A stretch of 64,000 nt of DNA from an uncultured Actinomycetota bacterium (GCA_964616545.1 CAZTUA010000027.1:75370-139369), one strand, 5' to 3'. Positions 1-10,254 are shown, counted from the stretch's first letter. A program made the numbers and translations. Notes: generated by a model not told the origin, from the letters alone.

Positions 1-632
1 CTGCCGGGGTTATGATAGGTATTTCTTTTTTTGAGCTGCTCCCCTCAGGAATCGAAGAACTGGGACTTGCAAGAGCAAGTGCCGCTTTTATTGTGGGTTT
101 TGTTTTTATTTTTTTAATTGATACCCTTATTCCCCATGAGTATATCGGGCAAAAAGAAAAAATGGATGGTAAAACCGATTCCAGGCTCTTACGGACCGGT
201 CTTTTTGTCGCCCTTGGAATAGCTATTCATAATTTTCCTGAAGGAATGTCAGTCTTTTATAGCTCTATGGTAGACACAAGCCTGGGAATATCAATAGCTA
301 TTGCCATTGCCATTCATAATATACCGGAAGGTATTGCAGTATCCATGCCAATATATAAGGCAACCGGAAGCAGAAGAAAAGCTTTTACGCTGTCATTCTT
401 ATCCGGAGTAGTGGAACCAATCGGTGCACTGATTACAGCTCTGATACTCCTCCCTTTTTTGAACCTCCGCATTCTTGGATATATGCTTTCGGGAATAGCG
501 GGACTTATGGTTTTTATATCTATTGATGAGCTCCTTCCGGTTTCCAAATCATACGGATATATTCACCTGCCCATATTAAGCTTTATAGGCGGAATGGTAG
601 TAATGATTTTAAGCCTGGTTCTTGTAACATAA
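1..632 (+). CDS. zupT: ZIP family zinc transporter ZupT, 5' partial (frame open to window start; lacks N-terminal TM1)
   Basis: Two HNFPEG/HNIPEG metal-binding motifs typical of ZIP/ZupT. Alignment to E. coli ZupT begins around residue 40, so the gene starts upstream of the window. Confidence 0.8.
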   Translation, partial: AGVMIGISFFELLPSGIEELGLARASAAFIVGFVFIFLIDTLIPHEYIGQKEKMDGKTDSRLLRTGLFVALGIAIHNFPEGMSVFYSSMVDTSLGISIAIAIAIHNIPEGIAVSMPIYKATGSRRKAFTLSFLSGVVEPIGALITALILLPFLNLRILGYMLSGIAGLMVFISIDELLPVSKSYGYIHLPILSFIGGMVVMILSLVLVT

Positions 633-636
633 GAAA

Positions 637-870
637 TCATCTTTTCAACCTGCCAATTACTGGAAATTTTTCGAGAAATTCTATCCCATGAGGAGCTTCT
701 TCAAGTTTATCTGTCAGGTCTTTTCCGGCAGAATGTACTGCCTGGTGTTTCCCCTTTTTCCAGAGAAAACTATCTGTTACATCGTAAACTTTTCCCCCGT
801 AAGCAATAAATGCTTTCCTTCCATCTTTTCCATCATATTTTTTTAATTGTTCTTCTGTAAATTCTCTCAT
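637..870 (-). CDS. cytochrome b5-like heme/steroid-binding domain protein (77 aa)
   Basis: Small protein with a cyt-b5 fold signature (FLxxHPGG-like, HSxGKD region). Confidence 0.55.
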   Translation of the reverse strand: MREFTEEQLKKYDGKDGRKAFIAYGGKVYDVTDSFLWKKGKHQAVHSAGKDLTDKLEEAPHGIEFLEKFPVIGRLKR

Positions 871-1000
871 CTAATTCTTATCCGATTAGTAGCTAAACTA
901 CTTTTTAGACGTTGCTTATTATCCTTTATCAATATATACAAAAGCAAATCGGCACCTGCGCGGAAAATTAAGACATGATATTAAATTATTTGATTAAAAT

Positions 1001-1040
1001 GGGCAGGAGCCCTTACTGTTAATTCAGGGCTCCTGCCCTG
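1001..1040. terminator. Perfect 12-bp stem hairpin GGGCAGGAGCCC-N14-GGGCTCCTGCCC; likely intrinsic terminator for the ferritin-like gene (minus) and possibly bidirectional
   Basis: Seen directly. It lies 28 bp downstream of the 1068 stop on the minus strand, followed by an A/T-rich tract. Confidence 0.5.
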
Positions 1041-1067
1041 GAAAAAGCTTCTGTGTATTTAAACTAA

Positions 1068-1619
1068 TTATTTTAGAAATTTTCCCACAAAAGGAGAAGT
1101 TTCCCCTCTTCTCAAGAAATGGCCCGATGGGCCCTCGCCGAGGAATTCCGAGAACCAGCTCTCATGCTCAATTTCTTCATTGAGAATTGCCAGGGCTAAA
1201 TCATAGGTCCTGTGGTCCTTTCCAGCTGTAATATTGCAGAGATGCGTATAACCTCTTACCGCACATCTCTCAGCTTCAACCAGTACCCTGAGAATAGCCA
1301 TAACATCTGCAGGGTCTTTGGGAAGAGCTGCAGGCGGACAGGCTGATACATCATGAAAATCCTTCATGCGCTCGGGAAGTTTGCCGCCCAGCTCATAAAT
1401 TCTGGGAACAATTGCTTCAAAGTGATTTCTATCTTCAATTCTCGCAGTTTCAGCTATTTCTTTTATTCCCTCTCCTTTAAGTCCTATTAAGTTTGCTCTT
1501 AATATAGTGTAGTAATAGTAGGTAGTAAGCTCAGCCCCGGCATTTTTTACAAGCAGTTCAATAATTTCTTCAACATTTACCCCCGCTTTTTCCACCATTT
1601 CTCTTGTTACTTTAGCCAT
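1068..1619 (-). CDS. ferritin-like diiron protein (Dps-like/bacterioferritin-like family)
   Basis: Paired ExxH motifs (EDRNHFE, EEIEHESWF) in a four-helix ferritin-like layout; about 180 aa. Confidence 0.6.
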   Translation of the reverse strand: MAKVTREMVEKAGVNVEEIIELLVKNAGAELTTYYYYTILRANLIGLKGEGIKEIAETARIEDRNHFEAIVPRIYELGGKLPERMKDFHDVSACPPAALPKDPADVMAILRVLVEAERCAVRGYTHLCNITAGKDHRTYDLALAILNEEIEHESWFSEFLGEGPSGHFLRRGETSPFVGKFLK

Positions 1620-2021
1620 TTTTACTCCTTTCTTCTTATATCATACTTTTTTGTAAATAGATAAAACCTGTTTTAATTATCAATGGCATTAAAAATCCCG
1701 GATTGTCTCTGTTGTTATCCTGTGCGGTTAAAATTCTATAAATTCATATTTATATTAATAATTACTTTTTAAGTATAATATGTTTCTTTTAAAAATACTA
1801 ATACGGACTTAAATTGGGTATAAAAGGCTTTAGTTCTTTTCCGGGGTCCATAGCTCCGGCTTTATCAAATTATTAGCTACCATTTTCCTTGTTTATTTTT
1901 AATTAAATCCTGCTGCCATTTCTTGACAATGCGCCCAGAATTGTTATTATTGTATATAAAGATTTATATATACAATTTTCCATTTACGTAAAGGGTTAAA
2001 CTGTTTAAGCCGGGGCGAAAT

Positions 2022-2750
2022 ATGATTAAAGAAAATTCAAATAAAATAATTTATTTTGCGATAATCCTGGGTGTGTGCCTTATAATCAGCGCTTTAATCG
2101 GCTCCTTTACTTTTTATGCGGTGAGGTCACCCGTTGATACTCTATCGGTAACCGGCTCGGTCAGGCAGAGAGTTACTTCAGATATAGCAATATGGACCTC
2201 CAGTTTTACAAGGACGGTTCCCGCCGAAAATCTAAAAGAAGGTTACCAGATGATGGCGAGCGATCAGAAAATGGTACTGGACTTCTTTAAAGATAATGGA
2301 TTTAGCGAAAATGACCTGACCATCTCCCCTGTATTTATGGAGCAGCTCTACATGTATGACCCAAATGCACCCAAAGAAAACTCATTGAGGCAGACAGTAA
2401 AAATTCAATCAAATGATGTTGAAAAAATTACAAATATGGCAAAAGGCACTGATGGGCTGATAAACCGCGGTGTTATATTTTCCACGCAATCACTCGAGTA
2501 TTACTACTCGGGGCTCCCCGAACTCAGAATTGAATTGATACCTGCTGCAATAAATGATGCAAAACTAAGAGCCCAGAAAATCGCCAGTGGGAGCGGGAAA
2601 AAGATAGGGGCAATAAAATCTGCAAGCCTTGGCGTGGTCCAGGTACTTCCTGTTAATTCTACCGAGGTTTCCGATTGGGGAACTTACGATACCTCAACCA
2701 TTGAAAAAGATGTGATGATACCCGTTACAGTAATATTTACACTAAAGTAA
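2022..2750 (+). CDS. SIMPL domain (DUF541) protein with N-terminal TM anchor
   Basis: N-terminal hydrophobic helix, then SIMPL-like beta-rich region (VTGSVRQRV..., about 240 aa). Possible TTGACA -35 box upstream at 1923. Confidence 0.65.
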   Translation: MIKENSNKIIYFAIILGVCLIISALIGSFTFYAVRSPVDTLSVTGSVRQRVTSDIAIWTSSFTRTVPAENLKEGYQMMASDQKMVLDFFKDNGFSENDLTISPVFMEQLYMYDPNAPKENSLRQTVKIQSNDVEKITNMAKGTDGLINRGVIFSTQSLEYYYSGLPELRIELIPAAINDAKLRAQKIASGSGKKIGAIKSASLGVVQVLPVNSTEVSDWGTYDTSTIEKDVMIPVTVIFTLK

Positions 2751-2799
2751 AAGAAAGTTTTCCCACAGGAAAGACACCTTTTTAGAAGTTACACGGCTT

Positions 2800-3681
2800 T
2801 TAAAACTGGTCGGGTTTAATTGCCGGACAGACGACTATCCCCCATATTCCCGGACCTGTATGGGCACTCATTACCGTGGTTAATTCAGATAATATCAGCT
2901 CGTCTATTACAATTTTTTTATCACTTTTTATTATTTTTTCCAGCTCAAGTGCAGGACCTATATCCTCGCCGTATAGAATGCCAATTTTCTTTTCCTTAAC
3001 CGGGTACGAAATTTTTCTGGCCTGCCAGTAGAGTTCTATTAAAGAATTTCTCTGATTTTTTACAAATTTTATTAATTTTACTTTTCCGCTATTGCTGATG
3101 GTAATAATCGGTTTTATCCTGACAGATGCTGCCAGAAATTTCCCGAGAAAGGGCGCTCTTCCTCCCACAAACAGGTATTTAAAATTCTCAAAAGTTGCAA
3201 AGAGCCTGTTATATTTAATAAGATAATCGATAATTCTATCTATTTTCCTTTCGCTATCCCCCCTTCTTGCTGCTCTTGCCACCTCCAGCGCAATAAAACC
3301 CATAGCAATGGCTGCGGTTTTTGTGTCAACGACTTTAATTTCTGCTTCAGGGAAAAACTTCTTTGCCTGCAGCGCTGAATTAACAGTAGTGGAGAGCGCA
3401 GAACTTAAATGTATGGAGTAAATCAAATCTTTTTTCTTGTTTTTAATGAGGTCATAGTAGGTTTTTACAAATTCCCCTACTGACGGTGTTGAGGTATATA
3501 TTTTTATGCCATTTCTCAGCTTATCAAATACAACTTTGCTATCAATTTCCCGGCCGTCCTTATAAAATTCGCCATTAAATCCGACATTTAAAGGTATGAT
3601 GGTTATATCATTGGTCTTTGCCAGTTCTTGAGGCATACCTGAAGCAGAATCAATTACTACTGCTATATTTTTCATTGGCAC
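2800..3681 (-). CDS. degV: DegV family fatty-acid-binding protein
   Basis: IAVVTDSxS N-terminus and overall DegV length and signature; paralog of 17576..18424. Confidence 0.8.
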   Translation of the reverse strand: MPMKNIAVVIDSASGMPQELAKTNDITIIPLNVGFNGEFYKDGREIDSKVVFDKLRNGIKIYTSTPSVGEFVKTYYDLIKNKKKDLIYSIHLSSALSTTVNSALQAKKFFPEAEIKVVDTKTAAIAMGFIALEVARAARRGDSERKIDRIIDYLIKYNRLFATFENFKYLFVGGRAPFLGKFLAASVRIKPIITISNSGKVKLIKFVKNQRNSLIELYWQARKISYPVKEKKIGILYGEDIGPALELEKIIKSDKKIVIDELILSELTTVMSAHTGPGIWGIVVCPAIKPDQF

Positions 3682-3970
3682 CCTTTTATTGTAAAATAAA
3701 TATTATTTTACACTAAAGAGTAAAAAAATATAACTTAAACTTTACAGAAAATTTTATAAATATATTATAAAACCCGCGGGTATGTATTATATTTTAATTC
3801 CCGGATATCCGTTACAAATTTCCCGGTATATTGATTTTTATATGACATTTCATAAAAAATTATCATAAATATATAATAAAACCATTATTTTCTCTCTTCC
3901 AATTATCCCTATGGTTTTTAAGGATAAAGGATTGTATACTGATATAAAAAATAATATATGGGAGTTTTAA

Positions 3971-4420
3971 ATGAAGACTTTAATAGTCTATGATTCTGCT
4001 TACGGCAATACTGAAAAAATTGCAAAGATTATGGGCAGCACAATCGGAGGCGATACCGCCGTAGTCCGTGCGGGGGATGCAGATCTTTCCGGACATGAGC
4101 CCATTGATTTTCTAATCGTTGGCTCCCCTACCTACGCAGGCAGGCCGACCCAGCCGGTTCAGGATTTCCTGGATAAAATTCCCGGTACTTCCCTTAAAGA
4201 TGTCAGTGTAGCATCATTTGATACCCGGGTGCCGGCTAAATTTGCAAAAATTTTTGGTTACGCCTCAATTAAAATTGACAAAATCCTGAAAGCAAAGGGC
4301 GGCGTTTCCACTCTTCCTCCCGAGGGATTTCTTGTAAAAGGTAAAGAGGGTCCGCTTATTGATGGGGAAGAAGAACGCGCATCTGCCTGGGCAAGAGAGG
4401 TTATAAGCAGCAAAATGTAA
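3971..4420 (+). CDS. flavodoxin
   Basis: MKTLIVYDSAYGNTEKIA N-terminus (FMN phosphate-binding loop), 149 aa. Confidence 0.75.
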   Translation: MKTLIVYDSAYGNTEKIAKIMGSTIGGDTAVVRAGDADLSGHEPIDFLIVGSPTYAGRPTQPVQDFLDKIPGTSLKDVSVASFDTRVPAKFAKIFGYASIKIDKILKAKGGVSTLPPEGFLVKGKEGPLIDGEEERASAWAREVISSKM

Positions 4421-4437
4421 CATCAGGGCTGTGCTTA

Positions 4438-5493
4438 TTATATTCTTTTTGCCAGTGAAGCAGTGAGTTCCAGTGCTCTTTTTGCATCTGGTTCTCTCAT
4501 TGGCCCCAGACCGCATGAAGGAGTGAGCATAATGCTTTTAAGCAATAAATCCCTGCTGATACCCTTTTCCTCAAAGCCTTCAAGAACTGAGATAAATTTT
4601 TTATAGAGTTCCTCTTCTGAGGTGCCTTCCTTATATTCTGAAGTAGGAGTAATACCAAAAGCAAGAAAGCCGCCCTTTTCCAGAAACTTCCTGATTTCTT
4701 CGGGATAGAGTGCCAGTTTGTCACCAAAACTGTACGAATCAAAACTTACGATATCCACTCCTGATTCAAGTATAATTTTCCAGTTGGTATTACCGCAGCA
4801 ATGCGTTCCAAGGATTATGTTATCCTCACGCTCCCTTATGAAATCAATCAGGGTACCCAGGAGTAAAGCTACCCTTTCATCACTGATTGACAGGTACGCC
4901 GAACCCAGACCCCAGAGAGACGGCTCATCAAAAAAGAGCACCGGCGCTTTCCCTGTTTTTTTAATCTCCTGCACCTGCCACAGGCCCTTCATGGCCAGCC
5001 CCAGCGTTATGGCTTCGGTAAACTCTTCATCAAAAATCATGGATTGCTTATCTTTTTTAGTTAAAGGTATCATATATGTAATCGGTCCTGTTACCTGAAC
5101 TTTAATAAAAGGATTATCCTTTTTGCTGCACTTTTCAAGCATTGGATAAAATCCCTTTAAATACTCCGGACTTATTTTGAAATACTCATAGCAGTTATTT
5201 ATCACATAGTCATAAAATTCGGTAAGGCTCTTCTCCCTGTCTGCCGTCTCATCATAGAAGACCTGCTTTTTCTCATAATCCTCTATAACACAGGGAAAGT
5301 TCTCGCTAAACTGCAGGAACATATTTTCCTTCGGGTCCCTTTTTATAAGCTGCGGCACATAAGGGATATCCGGACAATATTTCAAGATAAGCTCGCACGC
5401 TTCATCAACATCCGTAAAAGGCACGCTTCCGATTCCGGTAACCCTCGAGCTTTTATTAAAATTTCCCAGCAGCTCCAGTGCTTTCTTTTCCAT
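4438..5493 (-). CDS. cobalamin-independent methionine-synthase-like (MetE C-terminal/URO-D superfamily) methyltransferase
   Basis: FFDEPSL and THCCGNT motifs resembling the MetE-C zinc/homocysteine site; about 350 aa. Family assignment is tentative. Confidence 0.45.
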   Translation of the reverse strand: MEKKALELLGNFNKSSRVTGIGSVPFTDVDEACELILKYCPDIPYVPQLIKRDPKENMFLQFSENFPCVIEDYEKKQVFYDETADREKSLTEFYDYVINNCYEYFKISPEYLKGFYPMLEKCSKKDNPFIKVQVTGPITYMIPLTKKDKQSMIFDEEFTEAITLGLAMKGLWQVQEIKKTGKAPVLFFDEPSLWGLGSAYLSISDERVALLLGTLIDFIREREDNIILGTHCCGNTNWKIILESGVDIVSFDSYSFGDKLALYPEEIRKFLEKGGFLAFGITPTSEYKEGTSEEELYKKFISVLEGFEEKGISRDLLLKSIMLTPSCGLGPMREPDAKRALELTASLAKRI

Positions 5494-5735
5494 AAAATTA
5501 TCTTTCTCTAAAATTCTTATTATTCTAATAAAAATTTATACTCCGGTAAAAACATTTTTAAAAAACACATACCGGAATGATTATATGATTATAATATATT
5601 TATATTTTTTTCTCATTATTTATAATCTGATCCTGCAAAATTATACTATACCGACCACACCATTTAATGATATTATTTAGAAACATCTATAATAAAACAA
5701 TAATAAAAATGAAAATTATGGAGAAAGGAAATAAA

Positions 5736-5915
5736 ATGAATAAACACAGTGGTTCGGGAATAGCAGGTTCTGCATATTTTATGGCATTTATTGGTGCCGC
5801 AGTATTTTATATCCAGAATGCAGCTTCTTTTGGCGAAGGAGTACTCGGCTTCCTTAAAGCTCTTGTCTGGCCGGCGTTCCTTGTCTATAACCTGCTGCAG
5901 TTTATACACATGTAG
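5736..5915 (+). CDS. small hydrophobic membrane protein (59 aa)
   Basis: GGAGAAAGGA RBS 7 nt before the ATG; two predicted TM helices. The longer 5667 start lacks an RBS. Confidence 0.35.
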   Translation: MNKHSGSGIAGSAYFMAFIGAAVFYIQNAASFGEGVLGFLKALVWPAFLVYNLLQFIHM

Positions 5916-5977
5916 ATTGCCTGCCTGTTGCGGCTGTTTTTGCTGTTTAACCTGCTTAAAAGAAATTTAATAACTCA

Positions 5978-6346
5978 TTAAACGGTTTTTTTTGGAATAA
6001 AATTTAATGATATTGAGTTAACGCAGTGTCTTGTATTTTTTGGGGTGAACCTTTCTCCTGTGAATACATGACCAAGATGAGCGCCGCACCTGCTGCATAT
6101 GATTTCTGTTCTGATTCCATCAGCATCGGGTATTCTTTTTACGGCACCCTTTATTTCATCATCAAATGACGGCCAGCCGCATCCGGAACGGAACTTATCC
6201 TCTGATTTATAAAGTGGAGCGTCACAGCGGCGGCATGTATAAATACCTTCCTCAAAGAACCCGTCATACTTCCCGCTGTGGGGCGGTTCAGTCCCTTTAT
6301 GAATTATTATCTTTTCTTCCGCAGGCGTTAATTTTTTTAATTTCAA
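5978..6346 (-). CDS. msrB: peptide-methionine (R)-S-oxide reductase MsrB
   Basis: Two CxxC zinc motifs plus the [17 protein letters not shown] catalytic signature. Confidence 0.85.
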   Translation of the reverse strand: MKLKKLTPAEEKIIIHKGTEPPHSGKYDGFFEEGIYTCRRCDAPLYKSEDKFRSGCGWPSFDDEIKGAVKRIPDADGIRTEIICSRCGAHLGHVFTGERFTPKNTRHCVNSISLNFIPKKTV

Positions 6347-6424
6347 AAGAGTCCTCTGTAATCCTTTTTTTTATTTTTTTAAAAGTTAAAAAAAGCTTTT
6401 CTCTGTAAAGTTTTCGGGTATCTC

Positions 6425-8266
6425 TTACCTGATGTTACCCTTTATTATATCCCTCAGTTCCTCTTTGCTTTCTGCATCAAGCCATTTCCTGTCAAAATCA
6501 GTATTTTCAGCAATATCCACTATCCATACAAGCGAATTAAGGAAAAAATCCTTTCTGTCCGGAGAATAAGCAACTACAAATGCCGCATATACAGGGGATT
6601 CATCTTTTGAAAGCGTTATGCCTTTCCTATCCCTTATCAGCACAATCTCAAATTTATTTTTTCCCGGTACATGGGCATTTATACAGGCAACGCCCGAATG
6701 AATCAATATGCTCAGTTCTTTCCTGTCCCTTCTTAGCAATCTATGTATCTTTCGGGCTTTTAAGCCAAGCCTGTTGGATAAATTTTCTGAAACCAGTTCT
6801 AAAAACTGATTCCGGGTAAGGACTTCGTCTAAATCTATTATCAGAGCATTTTTTATCTTTTTCTTAAATCTGCCCCTGGTAGCGCTGCCCTCGTCCAGTA
6901 ATATATCCCTCAGTTCCTCGCCCAGCACACACTCTTTCTCATTTCTGCCTTTAATTTCATTTATAATATGGGAAATAGCATGATCCCTTTCAATATTTTT
7001 CCTTCCGTAAAATAAAAACCATAATACTGAAATAATGGTAAAAGCAGCAGCACTGATTATCGAGACAAGTCCCATTTCAATGATTAAAAACCCGTAAATA
7101 AGTATCCCTATTATCTGGAGATATGGATAAAAAGGTGCTTTGTACTTCGGCTGATAGTAAGAAATTTTTCCCCGCCTCATAAAAATAACAGAAAAATTAT
7201 TAAACATATAAACAAATAAAAATGATGTCGATGCAACTTTTACAAGTCCTTCCAGATCCAGGAATATGATAACAATAATCATAAAAACAGAAGTAATAAC
7301 TATAGAATTAGCAGGTGTGTGTCTACGGGAAATTTTCTGGAAAAAATCAGGCAGCAGCCTGTCTCTGCTCATGGCAAAAGGAGTCCTTGAAGCCGTCAGC
7401 AAACCCGCGGTTGCAGTAGTTACATATGCAAGCAGTGCCGCAACTCCCAGCAGTAAGCTTCCGCCAAATCCGAGCAATTTGCCCGCTCCTGCTGATATTG
7501 GAAACAATGAATACTCCAGTTCAGCTGGATTGACCAGACCTATAGTTACAGCCACGACAAGTGCATAAATAATAGAAACCACTATCCAGGATAAAAACAT
7601 TGCCATCGGTATGCTCCGGCCGGGATTTTTAACTTCTTCTGCAATATTAGGAATTTTGGTCAATCCCCCGAATGTTACACAGACAAGTCCTGCAGTTGCG
7701 AACACTGAATTATATCCGAAGGGTGCAAATGGCGTGTACTTCCGGCCTTCCAGGTAAAACGAGCCGTATATTATATAAAAGGTAAGAATAACCAGCAGAC
7801 TTATAACAAGCATTGCCTGAAACCGTCCCGACTGTTTGATCCCGGCTACATTTATAATTGCCAGAATAACACAAAAGCTAACCGCTATAATTTTAATCTG
7901 AATATCGGTTATGCCGGGAAATAAAAGCATTGCAAACGAACCTATTCCTATCAGGGCAAACGCACTTTTAAGTGCAAGTGAGAACCAGTCAGATAGTCCC
8001 ACCAGGGTCCCGACCCACGGTCCCATGCTTCTGTCTGCAAAAAAATAATTTCCTCCTGCCCTGGGCATTGCCGTGGCCAGCTCTGTAGTGGATAGAAAAG
8101 CAGGAATTATAACAACACTGGCGATAATATATGAAACAATTACCGAAGGTCCTGCTCTTGCAAAAGCAAGCCCCGGCAGGACAAATAAACCTGAGCTTAT
8201 CATCGCTCCAGATGATATACAAAAAAGGTCGAATATCCCCAGATCTTTTTTTAATTTACGTACCAT
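6425..8266 (-). CDS. APC-family amino acid permease fused to a C-terminal PTS EIIA(Ntr)/EIIA-2-like regulatory domain
   Basis: About 12 TM helices with an APC signature over residues 1-420. The C-terminal 190 aa resemble PTS_EIIA_2 (GVACINAH...P region). Confidence 0.7.
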   Translation of the reverse strand: MVRKLKKDLGIFDLFCISSGAMISSGLFVLPGLAFARAGPSVIVSYIIASVVIIPAFLSTTELATAMPRAGGNYFFADRSMGPWVGTLVGLSDWFSLALKSAFALIGIGSFAMLLFPGITDIQIKIIAVSFCVILAIINVAGIKQSGRFQAMLVISLLVILTFYIIYGSFYLEGRKYTPFAPFGYNSVFATAGLVCVTFGGLTKIPNIAEEVKNPGRSIPMAMFLSWIVVSIIYALVVAVTIGLVNPAELEYSLFPISAGAGKLLGFGGSLLLGVAALLAYVTTATAGLLTASRTPFAMSRDRLLPDFFQKISRRHTPANSIVITSVFMIIVIIFLDLEGLVKVASTSFLFVYMFNNFSVIFMRRGKISYYQPKYKAPFYPYLQIIGILIYGFLIIEMGLVSIISAAAFTIISVLWFLFYGRKNIERDHAISHIINEIKGRNEKECVLGEELRDILLDEGSATRGRFKKKIKNALIIDLDEVLTRNQFLELVSENLSNRLGLKARKIHRLLRRDRKELSILIHSGVACINAHVPGKNKFEIVLIRDRKGITLSKDESPVYAAFVVAYSPDRKDFFLNSLVWIVDIAENTDFDRKWLDAESKEELRDIIKGNIR

Positions 8267-8290
8267 ATTTAAGTCCTGACTTAATTTTTT

Positions 8291-8986
8291 TTAATTGCTG
8301 CTATTAGCCATATTTTTTTTATTTTCCATATACCTTGCAAGGTAAATCAGCGGAGTATCGCATGCTGCAACAATCCATTTTAAAATATAGGTTGTAAGGA
8401 CTATCTGCCAGAGGACAGGCCATTCAAAAACACCCGCATACGCAATAAGGCAGAAAATAACACTGTCTATTGCCTGGCTCACCATTGTGCTTGCATTGTT
8501 CCTTATCCATATCTGGCTGTCTTTACTAAAAATCCTTCTCCACAGGTTATACGCCCATACATCATGGAACTGGCTTATAATGTAGGCTGTCAGACTTGCA
8601 AAGGCTACGCGCGGCAGAAAGCCAAATATGGCCTGAAGATGCTCATGTGCAAAATCAGACTGGTGAGGTGCAAATAAAAGGCAGACCTGCATTATAATAG
8701 TTGCACTTACAAGAGAGAAAAATCCGATCCATACTGCTTTTCTTGCTTCTTTCGGACCATACAGCTCATTAAGTATATCCGTAGCCAAAAAAATCGTACC
8801 GTATATTATATTTCCAAGTGTTGCAACAAGTCCGAACAGCTCAATCGTTTTCATGACCTGGATATTGGCCATTATTGTCGCAATTGCAACCCAGAAAAAT
8901 AATCCCTTTTTACCGAATAATTTGAATGCAGCAATAATTGCCGCAAAATTTATTACTACGAGTAAAACCCATAATAATTCGTTCAT
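8291..8986 (-). CDS. yhhQ: queuosine precursor transporter (YhhQ/DUF165 family)
   Basis: Polytopic membrane protein, 231 aa, with YhhQ-type motifs (ATDILNELYG, VAACDTPLIY). Confidence 0.75.
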   Translation of the reverse strand: MNELLWVLLVVINFAAIIAAFKLFGKKGLFFWVAIATIMANIQVMKTIELFGLVATLGNIIYGTIFLATDILNELYGPKEARKAVWIGFFSLVSATIIMQVCLLFAPHQSDFAHEHLQAIFGFLPRVAFASLTAYIISQFHDVWAYNLWRRIFSKDSQIWIRNNASTMVSQAIDSVIFCLIAYAGVFEWPVLWQIVLTTYILKWIVAACDTPLIYLARYMENKKNMANSSN

Positions 8987-9417
8987 ATCTTTATTGACCT
9001 GTATTTTTTATTTATACTGTCACATCCAGAATTACCGGTCCCATCGTCTGGATTGTCCCAGCCGGAGGCATTTTTATTCCGGAAATCAATGCTGCTTTCC
9101 CTGAATATTAATGATATTTTTTTTATATTAACACAGCAGTTAGCATATTTCTATAAATATGCTCAATGAGCTTAATGCATAAATTTTCTAAAAATAAAAA
9201 TGATTATTAATCGTTCTCTTATAAAGAAAGTAGAGATAAAAGTTAATAAAAATATATTAATCATTTTATTTAAACTAAAATATTATTATAATGTATGCAT
9301 GACAGGAATCGTCGCTTTATATACCTGGACCCGGTAAAAGAGCTGAATAGGTTTTCCAGGCAGTTTTTATGGGGAAAGTTTTTATCAGGTTTAAAAGATA
9401 AATTAAAGGTTTGAAAA

Positions 9418-10254
9418 ATGAAGAAAATCGTCTTTTTCAACACCAAGGGCGGAACCGGAAAAACAACTATCTGCTACAATTTTGGCTGGTATCTAGCCGG
9501 AAAAAAGAATAAAAGAATTCTTTTTATGGATTTTGACCCCCAGATTAATCTTGTTCAGGCCTTTAACAGGAAACAGGCAGATGATAAAAAAAATCTGGAT
9601 AACCTCATAATTGATCACCTGAAAAGAAGAGAAATAGATTTTAGGAATTACGTCATAGAGATCAATGATAATATTGATTTACTGCCGGCTTCCAATAATA
9701 TTTCGCTTGTCGAGGAATATCTTACAGATTATCTCATAAACAGGACCTTACATGAAAAAAAAATTTACAGAGCATTTTATAGAAATTCAATATTAAAAAA
9801 TATATTTGAGAAAAATATCAATACAGATACCTATGATTATGTGCTGATAGATTCACAGCCCAACTTCTCTCTTCTTTCCACTGCATCAATAATATATACG
9901 CAGAATATTATTGCGGTCATAAAACCGGAGTTATTCTCGCTGCTGGATATTGAATACTTAAAAAAAATAATTAAAAATCTTGAAAAAAAATACAATATTA
10001 GCATAAATATTGCGGGAATCGTTATTAACGCCTTTGAAAAAAGAAACAAACTTCCGGAACAAATAGTAAACGCTCTTTATGGAAAATATGGTGATAGCTT
10101 AACTATATTTGACCAGAAAATAAGATATCTGGTGCATTACCAGAAATCCATAACATTAAAAAAGGAGCCTGTTTTTATATCATTCCCGAATACAGAAGCA
10201 TCAAAAGATATTATAAACTTATTTTCACAGATTGAGAGTGCAGTAAGCACTTAA
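9418..10254 (+). CDS. ParA/MinD-family P-loop ATPase (orphan; no parB seen)
   Basis: Deviant Walker A KGGTGKTT at residues 10-17, 278 aa; the gene is very AT-rich. Confidence 0.8.
   Translation: MKKIVFFNTKGGTGKTTICYNFGWYLAGKKNKRILFMDFDPQINLVQAFNRKQADDKKNLDNLIIDHLKRREIDFRNYVIEINDNIDLLPASNNISLVEEYLTDYLINRTLHEKKIYRAFYRNSILKNIFEKNINTDTYDYVLIDSQPNFSLLSTASIIYTQNIIAVIKPELFSLLDIEYLKKIIKNLEKKYNISINIAGIVINAFEKRNKLPEQIVNALYGKYGDSLTIFDQKIRYLVHYQKSITLKKEPVFISFPNTEASKDIINLFSQIESAVST

Noticed and set aside
314-547. Antisense or embedded ORFs from the six-frame track. Examples: 314..547, 4265..4516, 4497..4742, 4718..5098, 5673..5909, 6166..6408, 6580..6819, 7266..7568, 7989..8279, 8853..9104, 9837..10049, 10459..10716, 10997..11194, 11568..12125, 12337..12528, 12619..13121, 13159..13870, 15018..15206, 15630..15927, 16129..16320, 16999..17289, 17730..18405, 19105..19449, 19829..20107, 20379..20729, 20606..20800. 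Most later short ORFs inside larger genes are of the same kind.
   Set aside because: Each lies wholly inside, or antisense to, a longer ORF with clear family signatures. None has a ribosome-binding site, and their compositions are low-complexity translations of the opposite strand.
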